Shown here: one piece after another, positions 48,095 through 57,102 of the stretch
Layout of the letters: the number at the start of each line of letters is the position of its first letter
Numbering within the stretch: position 1 is the first letter of the stretch
Assembly: GCA_964632015.1 (NCBI GenBank)
Contig: CAZWAT010000001.1
Span: 1,834-65,833, forward strand
Reading direction: 5' to 3'
DNA length: 64,000 bases
Source: an uncultured Planctomycetaceae bacterium
GTDB taxonomy: Bacteria; Planctomycetota; Phycisphaerae; SM23-33
Notes under the pieces: generated by a model
What the model saw: only the letters and a program-made list of their open reading frames with translations
What the model was told of the DNA's origin: nothing
Databases searched by the model: none
Position numbers and translations under genes: made by a program

Positions 48095-49339
48095 CTAAAA
48101 ACAGTCGCACACGGCCCGAGCTGCGAGCATTGCTGCGCCCTTGGATGCGTTTTCGGTGTTTTTGGTCGCAATGAACTCGCTACCGATCAGTTCGGTCTTG
48201 AGTCTCAACCAGAATTGACTCTTCGCGCCTCCGCCGGATGAAACGACTTTCGCGGGCATATCGTGATCGCACAGCCTGTCGATCAGTTTCTGAACAATCT
48301 GCGCGTTCTTGTTCATTATCTCCAGAACCGGCGCTCCGTGAGGCCCGGCTGGCGCGCCTTCGTGGGCACGTTGGGCAAGAAGCACAAGCTGGTCAATGCT
48401 AATTTCCGGAGCATGGTTGCGCTGATACTGTTCGAGCATGGAAGCGCCATAATTGTCAAACGCAAGACGATAATACTTGTCCCCGACGCCCGCGGCTACA
48501 CAGCATCCAGCAAGGGGCCTGAAACTGTCGCAATAGCAAATGCATGCCTGCACGGTTCCGGTTGATTCGGCGACTTGGGCTATTTGTCCCAGTCCGGCGC
48601 CAATGGCCGAGGCGTGATGATCGAGCGTTCCCGCAACCAGGGGCACACCGGGACTAAGCCCCAACAACCCTGCTGATGATGTCGTGGTGATGACCTCCCC
48701 GCTTCGGCTGGGGGTTGATAGCATATCCTCGTCCAACCCCACGCACACCAGTCCCCGCCGCCACCATCGTCTGTTGGGTACATCCCACATCGCCAGCATC
48801 TGGGCCGTGGATTCATCCCCGCCACGAACGCCAGTAAGCGCATAGACCAGGTAATCACTTATGGACATCACCTTGTCTACGCGACGCCAGATGCCCGGTT
48901 CGTTCTTCCGAATCCACATCAGCTTTGCCAGCGCCAACCCTCCAGAGCAATCGTTCCCGATGCCGGTCGTGGACAGAAAATCGTCCTCCGCGAAGAGCCT
49001 CCTGAGACTGTCATCAATATTCCTGACACGTTTGTCCGACCAGCTTATCAAGGGCGTCAGCGGCTGGTCATTTCTGTCAAGCAGTATGAACGTATTCGCC
49101 TGCGATGAGTACGACACGGCCTGAATATCTCGCCCCGAGATGCCCGCGGCGTTGGTCGCCATATCCATTGCCTCGTGCAGCGAGTGCCAGAAGGATTTGG
49201 CATCGATGGTTCGCATGTCGCCGTCACAGAGCGTCGGAGCCGGTACCCGACCCAGACCAAGCAATTCGCCATCCAGGCTGAATATGCCCACCTTGAAATA
49301 GCTCGTCCCAAGATCGACACCAACGACCGACTTCATCAA
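48095..49339 (-). CDS. FGGY-family carbohydrate kinase
   Basis: N-terminal VVGVDLGTSYFKVGIF is the FGGY motif 1. The product is 414 aa and is the last gene of the nag-type operon. Confidence 0.7.
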   Translation of the reverse strand: MMKSVVGVDLGTSYFKVGIFSLDGELLGLGRVPAPTLCDGDMRTIDAKSFWHSLHEAMDMATNAAGISGRDIQAVSYSSQANTFILLDRNDQPLTPLISWSDKRVRNIDDSLRRLFAEDDFLSTTGIGNDCSGGLALAKLMWIRKNEPGIWRRVDKVMSISDYLVYALTGVRGGDESTAQMLAMWDVPNRRWWRRGLVCVGLDEDMLSTPSRSGEVITTTSSAGLLGLSPGVPLVAGTLDHHASAIGAGLGQIAQVAESTGTVQACICYCDSFRPLAGCCVAAGVGDKYYRLAFDNYGASMLEQYQRNHAPEISIDQLVLLAQRAHEGAPAGPHGAPVLEIMNKNAQIVQKLIDRLCDHDMPAKVVSSGGGAKSQFWLRLKTELIGSEFIATKNTENASKGAAMLAARAVCDCF

Positions 49340-50676
49340 TCTTCGCTCCTGGTGAGTTCGAGTGTCGCCTCAACCAGCATGCTTCCGCTTGTGTAATCGA
49401 ACAGGCTGTTGGACGCCTCATACCCGCCAACCTCGGCGGCGTCTTTGGTCACAATGTAACCCTGAAGCTCCCCGTTGGCGCAGGACATCACAAACGTGCC
49501 ATCCCTCATCGCCTTCACTGCCAGCGAATACTCAACGAATATCTCGCAAGGCCAACCGACAAAGTTCCAGTCGCCCAACGATATAACCTGAACTTCCGCC
49601 GGAAGGACTGAATCGTAAATGCGATCAAGCTCCCCGTTCTGTGCAGACATCGCGAGCGAAAGAGTTTCTTCGGCTCCGAACCAGTCGCACTCCGCAGTGC
49701 GGATTTCGGTTCGAGCAGCCCCGCTACTGCGAAGGCCTTCAAGTCTGGCGATTGCATTGTCCAGTTGCGCCTGGGCCTGTTCGACCGGCGGGAAGCTCCG
49801 CTTGCGTAGGTCCAGGAACTTGCGGGCAACCCTGATATCGGCGCGGTCGCAATAATGTGCCTGTTCAAGGACCTTTTCCACCGCGCTGGCAAAAATCGCA
49901 CCGAGTCTCTTCGCTTCGGTAAATGTATTTTCTTTTGTGACGTGCCTTGGGCTCTGGTTTCCGGCGGGACCCATGTGGTTCAGTATCACACAGTTCTTTC
50001 CGAGCGTTCCCATCTGAAGGATCTGCCTGGCCAGACCCGGAAAATCTCCGCTCACCAGCGTGCTGTCCTCGTGCAACACTGTCGGATGCATCGAGCAGAT
50101 GACCATCGCCGCCAGGTATGCCTGGTCATCCTTTTTTCTCACGAGAAGCACCGGCATGCGTGGGTCGGCGGGGCCGGTGGGGTCCCGTCTGTTGGTGCCC
50201 AGGCCTGTTCCATCGGCCTGCACAACCGACATCTCTGCCAGTACGGGCGCGGAATGGGCTTCGACGCCTGCCTGCACAATTCCATCTTCCACGAGCGTCA
50301 GATACGCCCCGTCAGGCTGGGGTACTGCCTCGTCGCATGTGCTGCTTGCATGACGAATCATCATCGGACCCGAATGCGTGTGCGTGGCAGTTATCATTAT
50401 GTTGCCCGCCGGCACGCCAGTCTTCTGTTCAATCCGCTGGCGCGCCGATGCGACGATGTCCTGCGGCACATAGATAAGGTCGTTGGCGATGATCATCACC
50501 TCTTCGCCACCGTCGGACACATACAGCGCCGAACTCATCAAGGAATCATGCACGCCAGTGCTATAACGCTTAACGTGGGGGTATCCATAGAGAAACTGCG
50601 AATCGGTGGGCGTGATATCCACTGCCGACGCACCGGCCAATAATCCTTCACCTTGTTGTAACGTGTGTTTTGTCAT
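49336..50676 (-). CDS. Neutral/alkaline ceramidase-family amidohydrolase (PF04734-like), short form
   Basis: AVDITP...LYGYPHVKRYSTGVHDSLMSSALYVSD...NIMITATHTHSGP aligns with the N-terminal catalytic region of bacterial neutral ceramidase (ADITG..GY....GIH.R..ARAFV......ATHTHSGP). At 446 aa it lacks the C-terminal tail domain. Confidence 0.6.
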   Translation of the reverse strand: MTKHTLQQGEGLLAGASAVDITPTDSQFLYGYPHVKRYSTGVHDSLMSSALYVSDGGEEVMIIANDLIYVPQDIVASARQRIEQKTGVPAGNIMITATHTHSGPMMIRHASSTCDEAVPQPDGAYLTLVEDGIVQAGVEAHSAPVLAEMSVVQADGTGLGTNRRDPTGPADPRMPVLLVRKKDDQAYLAAMVICSMHPTVLHEDSTLVSGDFPGLARQILQMGTLGKNCVILNHMGPAGNQSPRHVTKENTFTEAKRLGAIFASAVEKVLEQAHYCDRADIRVARKFLDLRKRSFPPVEQAQAQLDNAIARLEGLRSSGAARTEIRTAECDWFGAEETLSLAMSAQNGELDRIYDSVLPAEVQVISLGDWNFVGWPCEIFVEYSLAVKAMRDGTFVMSCANGELQGYIVTKDAAEVGGYEASNSLFDYTSGSMLVEATLELTRSED

Positions 50677-50678
50677 TT

Positions 50679-51611
50679 TTAATACCCCACATCCCAGGTG
50701 GGTTCGATGTTCATTGCAGCCGTTTGCGAAACCCGCACATCGGTGCGAAGCGTCTGGCAGATTGATTCAGGAACCAGCGGCGTCACCGGGCCATGCATCA
50801 CAAGCCTGCTCGTGAGGCGTTGCCATGACGACACCGTGCCCTGCACGCTTATGCCGTGCGACTGAATTCGATGCTTCGCCGCAATCACCTGCGCCGGGCC
50901 TATCGTTGCCGCCTTTGGTGGAACCATACCCGTGTCTCCGCTATATCCAAAGCACCCATGCAGAGAGTTCTGGGCGAGCGTGAACGGGCTGAGCGTGCAG
51001 ACTCTTGGACCCATCTGCTTCCATTCCTCAAGCGTACCGGAGAATTCGGGGCAATCCGGTTCGATGAAGGCGAGGTGTCCAGTCCACCCCGGGCCGCTGT
51101 AGCACACATCCACGCCTCCGAGGTCTTCCATCATCTTGCCATAATCGGCGAGGTTTTCATTGGTCAGGCCGATCATCTGATCTTCCTTAGGCCGGAGCTT
51201 GGGGTCGATCTGCGAATAGAAGAACTTTTTCAACGCGTAACCAAAGCTCATCGGCCAGGTTTCGGGGGCGATCACGCCGTCTTCATTGGCGTATTCGTCC
51301 ATGTTGAAGGTGTAAAGCTTGCTGCAATCGACGTTCATCTCGTTGATGAGATAAGCGACCCGACGGTACATCGGCCAGGGTTGCGGGATGATCATCACGA
51401 GGCGCCTTCCCTCATCAGATGCCCGCTTGATGCGAAGGAACATGCCAGTGACGAAATCCCACTCCATCTCGTTATCGCGATAAATGCGGATCCGGTAATC
51501 GGGATTGGGGTGCTTGGTCAAATCTTCGGTTTTGATCGCCCGTACACGCGCGAGGACTTCTTTGTCTCTGAATGGAACATGTTTTGAGGGGCTGTATTCG
51601 AACTGCGTCAT
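50679..51611 (-). CDS. nagB: Glucosamine-6-phosphate deaminase/isomerase-like (NagB superfamily)
   Basis: ATG at 51611; the ORF-track start is TTG. GVDVCYSGPGWTGHLAFIEP resembles the NagB/6-phosphogluconolactonase active-site region. Confidence 0.55.
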   Translation of the reverse strand: MTQFEYSPSKHVPFRDKEVLARVRAIKTEDLTKHPNPDYRIRIYRDNEMEWDFVTGMFLRIKRASDEGRRLVMIIPQPWPMYRRVAYLINEMNVDCSKLYTFNMDEYANEDGVIAPETWPMSFGYALKKFFYSQIDPKLRPKEDQMIGLTNENLADYGKMMEDLGGVDVCYSGPGWTGHLAFIEPDCPEFSGTLEEWKQMGPRVCTLSPFTLAQNSLHGCFGYSGDTGMVPPKAATIGPAQVIAAKHRIQSHGISVQGTVSSWQRLTSRLVMHGPVTPLVPESICQTLRTDVRVSQTAAMNIEPTWDVGY

Positions 51612-51624
51612 TAAGAAAACCCTT

Positions 51625-52809
51625 TCATTGTCTCTTGTTAAATACGCATCTGCCGCCAACCCATACGGTCTGGACGGTCAGGTTAGAATCCAAAAGCGTC
51701 ATGTCTGCGTCATAATCGGGCTTGATGCTTCCCTTGTTGTGATCCAGCCCCAGCACCGCGGCGGGATTTCGGCTGGCCATATCCACGGCTGTGGGAAGAT
51801 CCAGCTTAAGCATCTTTACGGCGTTTCGAATCGCGGCGTCCATCGTCAGGCCGCTACCGGCGAGGGATCCGGGGCTGCGTGAGTCACTGGTCTTTCTCGC
51901 GGGGCCTCCGGGATATCGAAACTCTATCTTCGCCCCGGCGAATTCGTATACACCCGGTGCCTTGCCCGCACCGACGTTCGCGTCGGTAATCAACGACACC
52001 CCGTGGGCACCTTTGCATTGCAGGGCAAGGGCCACTGCGACAGGGTCGACATGCTCACCATCGAGTATGAAGTCAACGCTCACGTTGGGGTCGGCAAGAA
52101 TCGCCTCCACGGCGCCGCATTGTCTGACACCGGGCTCACATTGCTCGGGGACGGGAAACACATCATAAAAATGTGTCGCATGCCGGGCACCGGCATCTAT
52201 CGCCGCTCGGGTCTGTTCAACGTCCGCCCCGGTATGCGTGATAAAGACGGGACTACCACCAGCCGACATCGCCTTGATGATGGATGGGGCCCCGTCTATC
52301 TCCGGCGAGACGCTGAATATCGCGCGATATTGCCCGCTCGCTGCCCGAAGCCGATGCACCCGATCAACATCGGCGTCGCGAAGCACTTCGGGGGGCAATG
52401 CGCCGCTGATCGCAACGAACGGGCCTTCCAGATGAATACCCAGAATCGCGCTACCCTGCGACACAACCGACGCAAGAGATGCGACGAACCGCTCGTCCTG
52501 ACCGGGGGGCAATGGGCACACGGTGGGAAGGAACCCCGTAACACCATATTTGGGCAGTTCCCGGCAAAGACCCGACAGATCGTCCGGGCCATTGTCCACG
52601 AGATAATCGCCGCTGCCGTGGATATGCAGGTCGATGAAACCCGGCACAAGGTACATGTTTTCGCCATCGATAACTTCGCCGGAGTCATCGCCAGACCCCG
52701 CGGCGTCTTCAACGCGGAATATCCGCCCGTCTCGGCAGGTCACACATCTGCGGGACGTGATAGCACCACCAGAAATAATTCGTACATTATTTATTGTCAA
52801 GTCGCTCAT
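51625..52809 (-). CDS. nagA: N-acetylglucosamine-6-phosphate deacetylase
   Basis: ATG at 52809 with AGGAGGA RBS. Metal-binding GFIDLHIHG and downstream NagA-like motifs. Confidence 0.75.
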   Translation of the reverse strand: MSDLTINNVRIISGGAITSRRCVTCRDGRIFRVEDAAGSGDDSGEVIDGENMYLVPGFIDLHIHGSGDYLVDNGPDDLSGLCRELPKYGVTGFLPTVCPLPPGQDERFVASLASVVSQGSAILGIHLEGPFVAISGALPPEVLRDADVDRVHRLRAASGQYRAIFSVSPEIDGAPSIIKAMSAGGSPVFITHTGADVEQTRAAIDAGARHATHFYDVFPVPEQCEPGVRQCGAVEAILADPNVSVDFILDGEHVDPVAVALALQCKGAHGVSLITDANVGAGKAPGVYEFAGAKIEFRYPGGPARKTSDSRSPGSLAGSGLTMDAAIRNAVKMLKLDLPTAVDMASRNPAAVLGLDHNKGSIKPDYDADMTLLDSNLTVQTVWVGGRCVFNKRQ

Positions 52810-53527
52810 TTCTTCCTCCTGCAAATACCTCGCACGCGAGGGCGACTCGCTCGCCGCGATAATACGATTCGAACACCGCCACAGCCCGGCCCGAGGGCAG
52901 ATAAATAACGTCTCGCGCCTTGAGTAGCGGGCTGCCCGGCTCGACGTCGAGCAGTTCGACATCCGCGGCGCCTGCCTCGACCGCCTCTATCATCTGCCTG
53001 GTGTGCGATGCGGTAAGCTGGGCCTTCTCAAGCCAGATATGCAGGAAGTCAACCTCAAGCAGCATCTGCTCATCTATGCACCCTGCAAGATTCAGCGGGA
53101 TGTACCCGTTATCGTAAGCCAGCGGTTCTTTGCCCGAGAAGTCCAACCTTCGGCAGGTCAAGCAACGCTGGTCGGCGCCTATATTCAGTATGCGGGCAAT
53201 GTCATTCGGTGGCGAATCCTCGCTGAGATGCACGAGCTCTCGATGCATGGCGGGTATCTGAGACAACATCGAACCGCTGAAATCGCCTTCCTGAATGACA
53301 ACCTTCCTGGGCCTGCTCGACCGCACAAACGTGCCCCGCTTGACGAATCGCTCGATCAATCCCTGCTCGCAAAGCAGTCTCAGCGCGTGCCTGACTGTCA
53401 CTCGCGAAAGGTTGAACTGGCGGCATAGATCGAATTCCGACGGGAGCTTTTGCCCAGCGCAGTAGTGGCCGCTGACAATCTGCTCACGCAATGTGTTTAG
53501 AACCCGTTGATAAGCCTTCTGTGCCAT
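52787..53527 (-). CDS. GntR-family (HutC/NagR-like subfamily) transcriptional regulator
   Basis: N-terminal winged HTH (QKLPSEFDLCRQFNLSRVTVRHALRLLCEQGLIER) and a C-terminal UTRA-like domain. It overlaps nagA by 23 nt. Confidence 0.75.
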   Translation of the reverse strand: MAQKAYQRVLNTLREQIVSGHYCAGQKLPSEFDLCRQFNLSRVTVRHALRLLCEQGLIERFVKRGTFVRSSRPRKVVIQEGDFSGSMLSQIPAMHRELVHLSEDSPPNDIARILNIGADQRCLTCRRLDFSGKEPLAYDNGYIPLNLAGCIDEQMLLEVDFLHIWLEKAQLTASHTRQMIEAVEAGAADVELLDVEPGSPLLKARDVIYLPSGRAVAVFESYYRGERVALACEVFAGGRNERLDNK

Positions 53528-53533
53528 TGCCAA

Positions 53534-53545
53534 TTGTTATAACAA
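53534..53545. promoter_or_regulatory. Putative GntR operator palindrome
   Basis: Perfect palindrome TTGTTATAACAA fits the GntR-family t.GT..AC.a core. It lies 6 nt upstream of the regulator start codon, in the divergent intergenic region. Confidence 0.45.
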
Positions 53546-53658
53546 TAGAAAGGATTTATGTCAACCGTCCGCCCAAGACATGATGACACGAGGCAGCAAC
53601 GGTGATTTGCTCTTGACGAGATTGTTCGTTTATGTTAGATTTTGGTCAAAGATAACAC

Positions 53659-54444
53659 ATGGGCAAGAAACAACCATTATCGGCTGAGCAAAGGCAATCT
53701 GAGATCCGCACGCTTCTTCAGGTGGGACGAGAGCTTAGCATCAGCGAGCTTGCACTGCGTTTTGGCGCCAGTGAAATGACCATACGTCGGGACCTTTCCA
53801 AGCTTCAGCAGAGGGGACAGGTTCTTCGCACGCATGGTGGCGTTGTTCCCGCGGATCGGATGATGTTCGAATTCGATTTCGCCGCCCGTCAGCGCGAAAA
53901 TCTCGCCGCCAAGCGCGCCATCGCCCGCGAGGCCCTCAAGTTAATCAACCCTCCCTGCCGGATCATCTTGGACACCGGTACGACGGCGCTTCAGCTTGCT
54001 TACGAGCTTCAGAGTTTCAACGACATCTCCGTCATCACTCCAAGCCTTGCCGTCGCTTCGGCGTTGCAGTTCGCCGAGGGTGTGCAGACAGTTCTGCTTG
54101 GTGGAATTATTCGCAAGGGAAGCCCCGATTTGACCGGCGCGCTGACTGAAAGCATGTTGGAGATGTTCGCCGCCGACATCGCATTCCAAGGGGCAGACGG
54201 AATCGACACGGACGGCTTTTGCTACAATAGAGACCTGCGAATCGCCAAGGTCGACCAGAAGATCCGCCAGCGAGCACAACATGTCTACGTACTGGCAGAC
54301 AGTTCAAAGCTTAACAGAACGGCACTGGTCAGGCATGGATCCATTCAGCAGGTAGACGGGCTGATAACCGACAACAAGGCCGACATGGATTTCATCACAC
54401 AACTGAAGACCATCGGCACTAGTGTAATAATCGCCGAACTTTGA
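53659..54444 (+). CDS. DeoR-family transcriptional regulator
   Basis: N-terminal HTH LSISELALRFGASEMTIRRDLSKLQQRG with a C-terminal DeoR sugar-phosphate-binding domain. Confidence 0.8.
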   Translation: MGKKQPLSAEQRQSEIRTLLQVGRELSISELALRFGASEMTIRRDLSKLQQRGQVLRTHGGVVPADRMMFEFDFAARQRENLAAKRAIAREALKLINPPCRIILDTGTTALQLAYELQSFNDISVITPSLAVASALQFAEGVQTVLLGGIIRKGSPDLTGALTESMLEMFAADIAFQGADGIDTDGFCYNRDLRIAKVDQKIRQRAQHVYVLADSSKLNRTALVRHGSIQQVDGLITDNKADMDFITQLKTIGTSVIIAEL

Positions 54445-54468
54445 ACCTTAACCTACAGGAGAAGTAGA

Positions 54469-55845
54469 ATGACCACGGAAGCACCGTACAAATCACAATG
54501 GGCACAGGTGGACCTCACGAAGGTTCCCAACCTCGTCACCGACTCGATACCCGGGCCTGAATCGAAGAAGCTGCACGCCAGATGCACCAAGCATTTCAAA
54601 GGCCTCAGCGGCCAGGTGAAGCTGTTTCCGGTGGCGTTTGAAGAGGGTTCTGGTTGCACGCTGACGGATGTCGATGGCAATAAGTACATCGACTTTTCAT
54701 CGGGCATCTATGTCACCACCCTCGGACATTGCCACCCGAAGGTAACAGAGGCAGTGCAGAAGTACGCCGGCAAGCTGATGAACTGTCACGACTTCACAAC
54801 CAGGATCAAGACCCTGCTGGTCGAGAAGCTCGCGCAGATCCTTCCGGGCGACTTGAACGGGTTTCAGTTCTATGACTGTGGAACCGCTGCCGTTGAGGCG
54901 GGTCTGCGAGTGCTCAGGGCGGCGAGCGGTAAAAACGAGATGATCAGCGCCTTTTACGACTTCCACGGAAAGACCTACGGCGCCGTGTCGTTGGCTCACA
55001 TACGAAGCCAGGTCTATGGCCGAGTGAGAGCGCCGGGCATGCACATGGTTCCCAGGCCTGATCCCTATCGCCCGATGTGGACAAAGGCCGATGGCACGAT
55101 AGACACCGACAAGTACATCGACTTCTACGCCAAATACATCGATATGGGAACCGTCGGCGACGTGGCCGGGTTCGTACTCGAGCCCATCCAGGGCTGGGGC
55201 GGCTCGGTTGTTCCACCTGATGACTTCTTCCCCAAACTTCGCAAATTCTGCGACGATCATAATATCCTGCTCATGGCCGACGAGGTGCTTACCAGTTGGG
55301 CGAGAACAGGCAAGTGGCTGTGCATGGAGCACTGGGATGTTCTGCCCGACGTGGTTTCAATCGGCAAGGGGTTCGGGAACGGTTTCCCCGTCACATGTGT
55401 TGCGGTTCGCGATAAACACAAGGAGTCTTTCGAGTCCATCAGCGCATCGAGCAGCTACGGCGGTAATCCGATGGCATGTGCGGCCGCCCTGGCGTGCACC
55501 GAGGTCATCGAGGACGAGGGTCTTCTTGCCAGGTCCACACACCTTGGCGAACTGGCGATCAAGCGAATGGAAAAGATGAAGGCAGAGCACAAGATCATCG
55601 GCGACGTTCGCTGCGTCGGTTGCCTGATGGGCATTGAACTCGTCAAAGATCGTCAGACCAAGGAACCGTTCGGCGAAGCGGGAACAATGGTCTACCAGAA
55701 GGCCTTTAGAAAGGGCCTGGCGTGGATACCCGCCGGTCACATCCTTCGAATGAGCCCGCCGGTGGTCATGGACGACGAAACCCTTCTCAAGGGCCTGGAC
55801 ATGATCGACGAGGCGATTGGCGAGACCGAGAAAGAACTGGCATAA
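54469..55845 (+). CDS. Class-III pyridoxal-phosphate aminotransferase
   Basis: Fold-type I class III features: SGIYVTTLGHCHP, ADEVLTSWARTGKW and the lysine region VVSIGKGFGNG. Confidence 0.75.
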   Translation: MTTEAPYKSQWAQVDLTKVPNLVTDSIPGPESKKLHARCTKHFKGLSGQVKLFPVAFEEGSGCTLTDVDGNKYIDFSSGIYVTTLGHCHPKVTEAVQKYAGKLMNCHDFTTRIKTLLVEKLAQILPGDLNGFQFYDCGTAAVEAGLRVLRAASGKNEMISAFYDFHGKTYGAVSLAHIRSQVYGRVRAPGMHMVPRPDPYRPMWTKADGTIDTDKYIDFYAKYIDMGTVGDVAGFVLEPIQGWGGSVVPPDDFFPKLRKFCDDHNILLMADEVLTSWARTGKWLCMEHWDVLPDVVSIGKGFGNGFPVTCVAVRDKHKESFESISASSSYGGNPMACAAALACTEVIEDEGLLARSTHLGELAIKRMEKMKAEHKIIGDVRCVGCLMGIELVKDRQTKEPFGEAGTMVYQKAFRKGLAWIPAGHILRMSPPVVMDDETLLKGLDMIDEAIGETEKELA

Positions 55846-55856
55846 AAGGAACACCT

Positions 55857-56993
55857 GTGAAGAACATCAAATTCGGCATTATCGGTTGTGGCCTGATGGG
55901 ACGGGAGTTCGCAAGCGCCGTCGCTCGCTGGTGCCACCTGACCGACGTATCTGCCCGACCCGAGATCGTGGCGATATGCGACACCAACACCGCGCTGTTC
56001 GACTGGTACAAGGGAAACTTCGATTCAGTCAAGCAGACGACGACAGACTACCACGAACTGCTCGCCAACGAGCAAGTCGAGGCGGTGTACTGTGCGCTTC
56101 CCCACAACCTGCACCAGCAGGTCTACTGCGACATCATCTCGGCGGGCAAACACCTGCTGGGCGAAAAACCCTTCGGGATAGACAAACCCGCCAATGACGC
56201 GATATGCAAATGCTCAGCCGAGCATCCAGAGGTATTCGTCAGATGCAGCAGCGAGTTTCCGTTCTTCCCCGGCGTTCAGCGGATCGGGCGGATGATAGAG
56301 GCAGGAGCATTCGGACGAATCATCGAAGTCAACAGCTACTTCATGCATTCAAGCGATCTCGATCCCAATAAGCCCATCAACTGGAAACGCATGATCGAGG
56401 TCAACGGCGAATACGGCTGCATGGGCGACCTTGGCATGCATGCCTGCCATGTGCCTTTCCGTGCGGGCTGGGTTCCGCGCAACGTGCGAGCGATTCTGTG
56501 CGACATCATGACCCACAGGCCCGACGGCAAGAGTAACATGGTTCCCTGCCGAACATGGGACAACGCGATGCTGCTTTGCGAAACGGGCGACGCCAATGGC
56601 GACTTCCCGTTGACTATCAAGACCCATCGCATCGCCCCCGGCGAGAAGGACACCTGGTCGCTTGAAGTTCTGGGCACGAAGGCGTCGGCAAGATTCTCGA
56701 CGAAGAATCCCAGAAGGCTCGAAGTGCTTGAATACCCCGGCCCCGAGCAGATCTGGCAGCAGATCGACATGGGTTACGAAAGTACGTTCAAGACGATAAC
56801 CGGTGGCATCTTCGAGTTCGGGTTTACCGACGCGATTCTCCAGATGTGGGCTGCGTTCGTGGATGAGCTTGCGACAGGCAAGACCAGAAGCGCATTCGCC
56901 GGGTGCATAAAGCTGGATGAAGTCGCTATGAGCCACCGGCTCTTCACCGCGGCACTGAAGTCATACGCCCAGGGAACAACAGAAGCTGTGTAG
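55857..56993 (+). CDS. Gfo/Idh/MocA-family oxidoreductase
   Basis: GTG at 55857 with AAAGGAACA RBS, 11 nt after the aminotransferase stop. Rossmann start IKFGIIGCGLMGREF. Confidence 0.7.
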   Translation: MKNIKFGIIGCGLMGREFASAVARWCHLTDVSARPEIVAICDTNTALFDWYKGNFDSVKQTTTDYHELLANEQVEAVYCALPHNLHQQVYCDIISAGKHLLGEKPFGIDKPANDAICKCSAEHPEVFVRCSSEFPFFPGVQRIGRMIEAGAFGRIIEVNSYFMHSSDLDPNKPINWKRMIEVNGEYGCMGDLGMHACHVPFRAGWVPRNVRAILCDIMTHRPDGKSNMVPCRTWDNAMLLCETGDANGDFPLTIKTHRIAPGEKDTWSLEVLGTKASARFSTKNPRRLEVLEYPGPEQIWQQIDMGYESTFKTITGGIFEFGFTDAILQMWAAFVDELATGKTRSAFAGCIKLDEVAMSHRLFTAALKSYAQGTTEAV

Positions 56994-57011
56994 ATATGTT
57001 TATGGCAACAT

Positions 57012-57047
57012 GGGGCCGGGTGAGGCTTATCAACCTCTACCGGCCCC
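57012..57047. terminator. Hairpin between convergent oxidoreductase and hflX genes (possible bidirectional terminator)
   Basis: 8-bp perfect stem GGGGCCGG / CCGGCCCC with a 20-nt loop. The flanking U-tracts are weak. Confidence 0.3.
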
Positions 57048-57102
57048 GTGTATTTGCGATCAAGACGCACAGGTCAGACGACCTGAAGCGGACGAAACAG
57101 CA

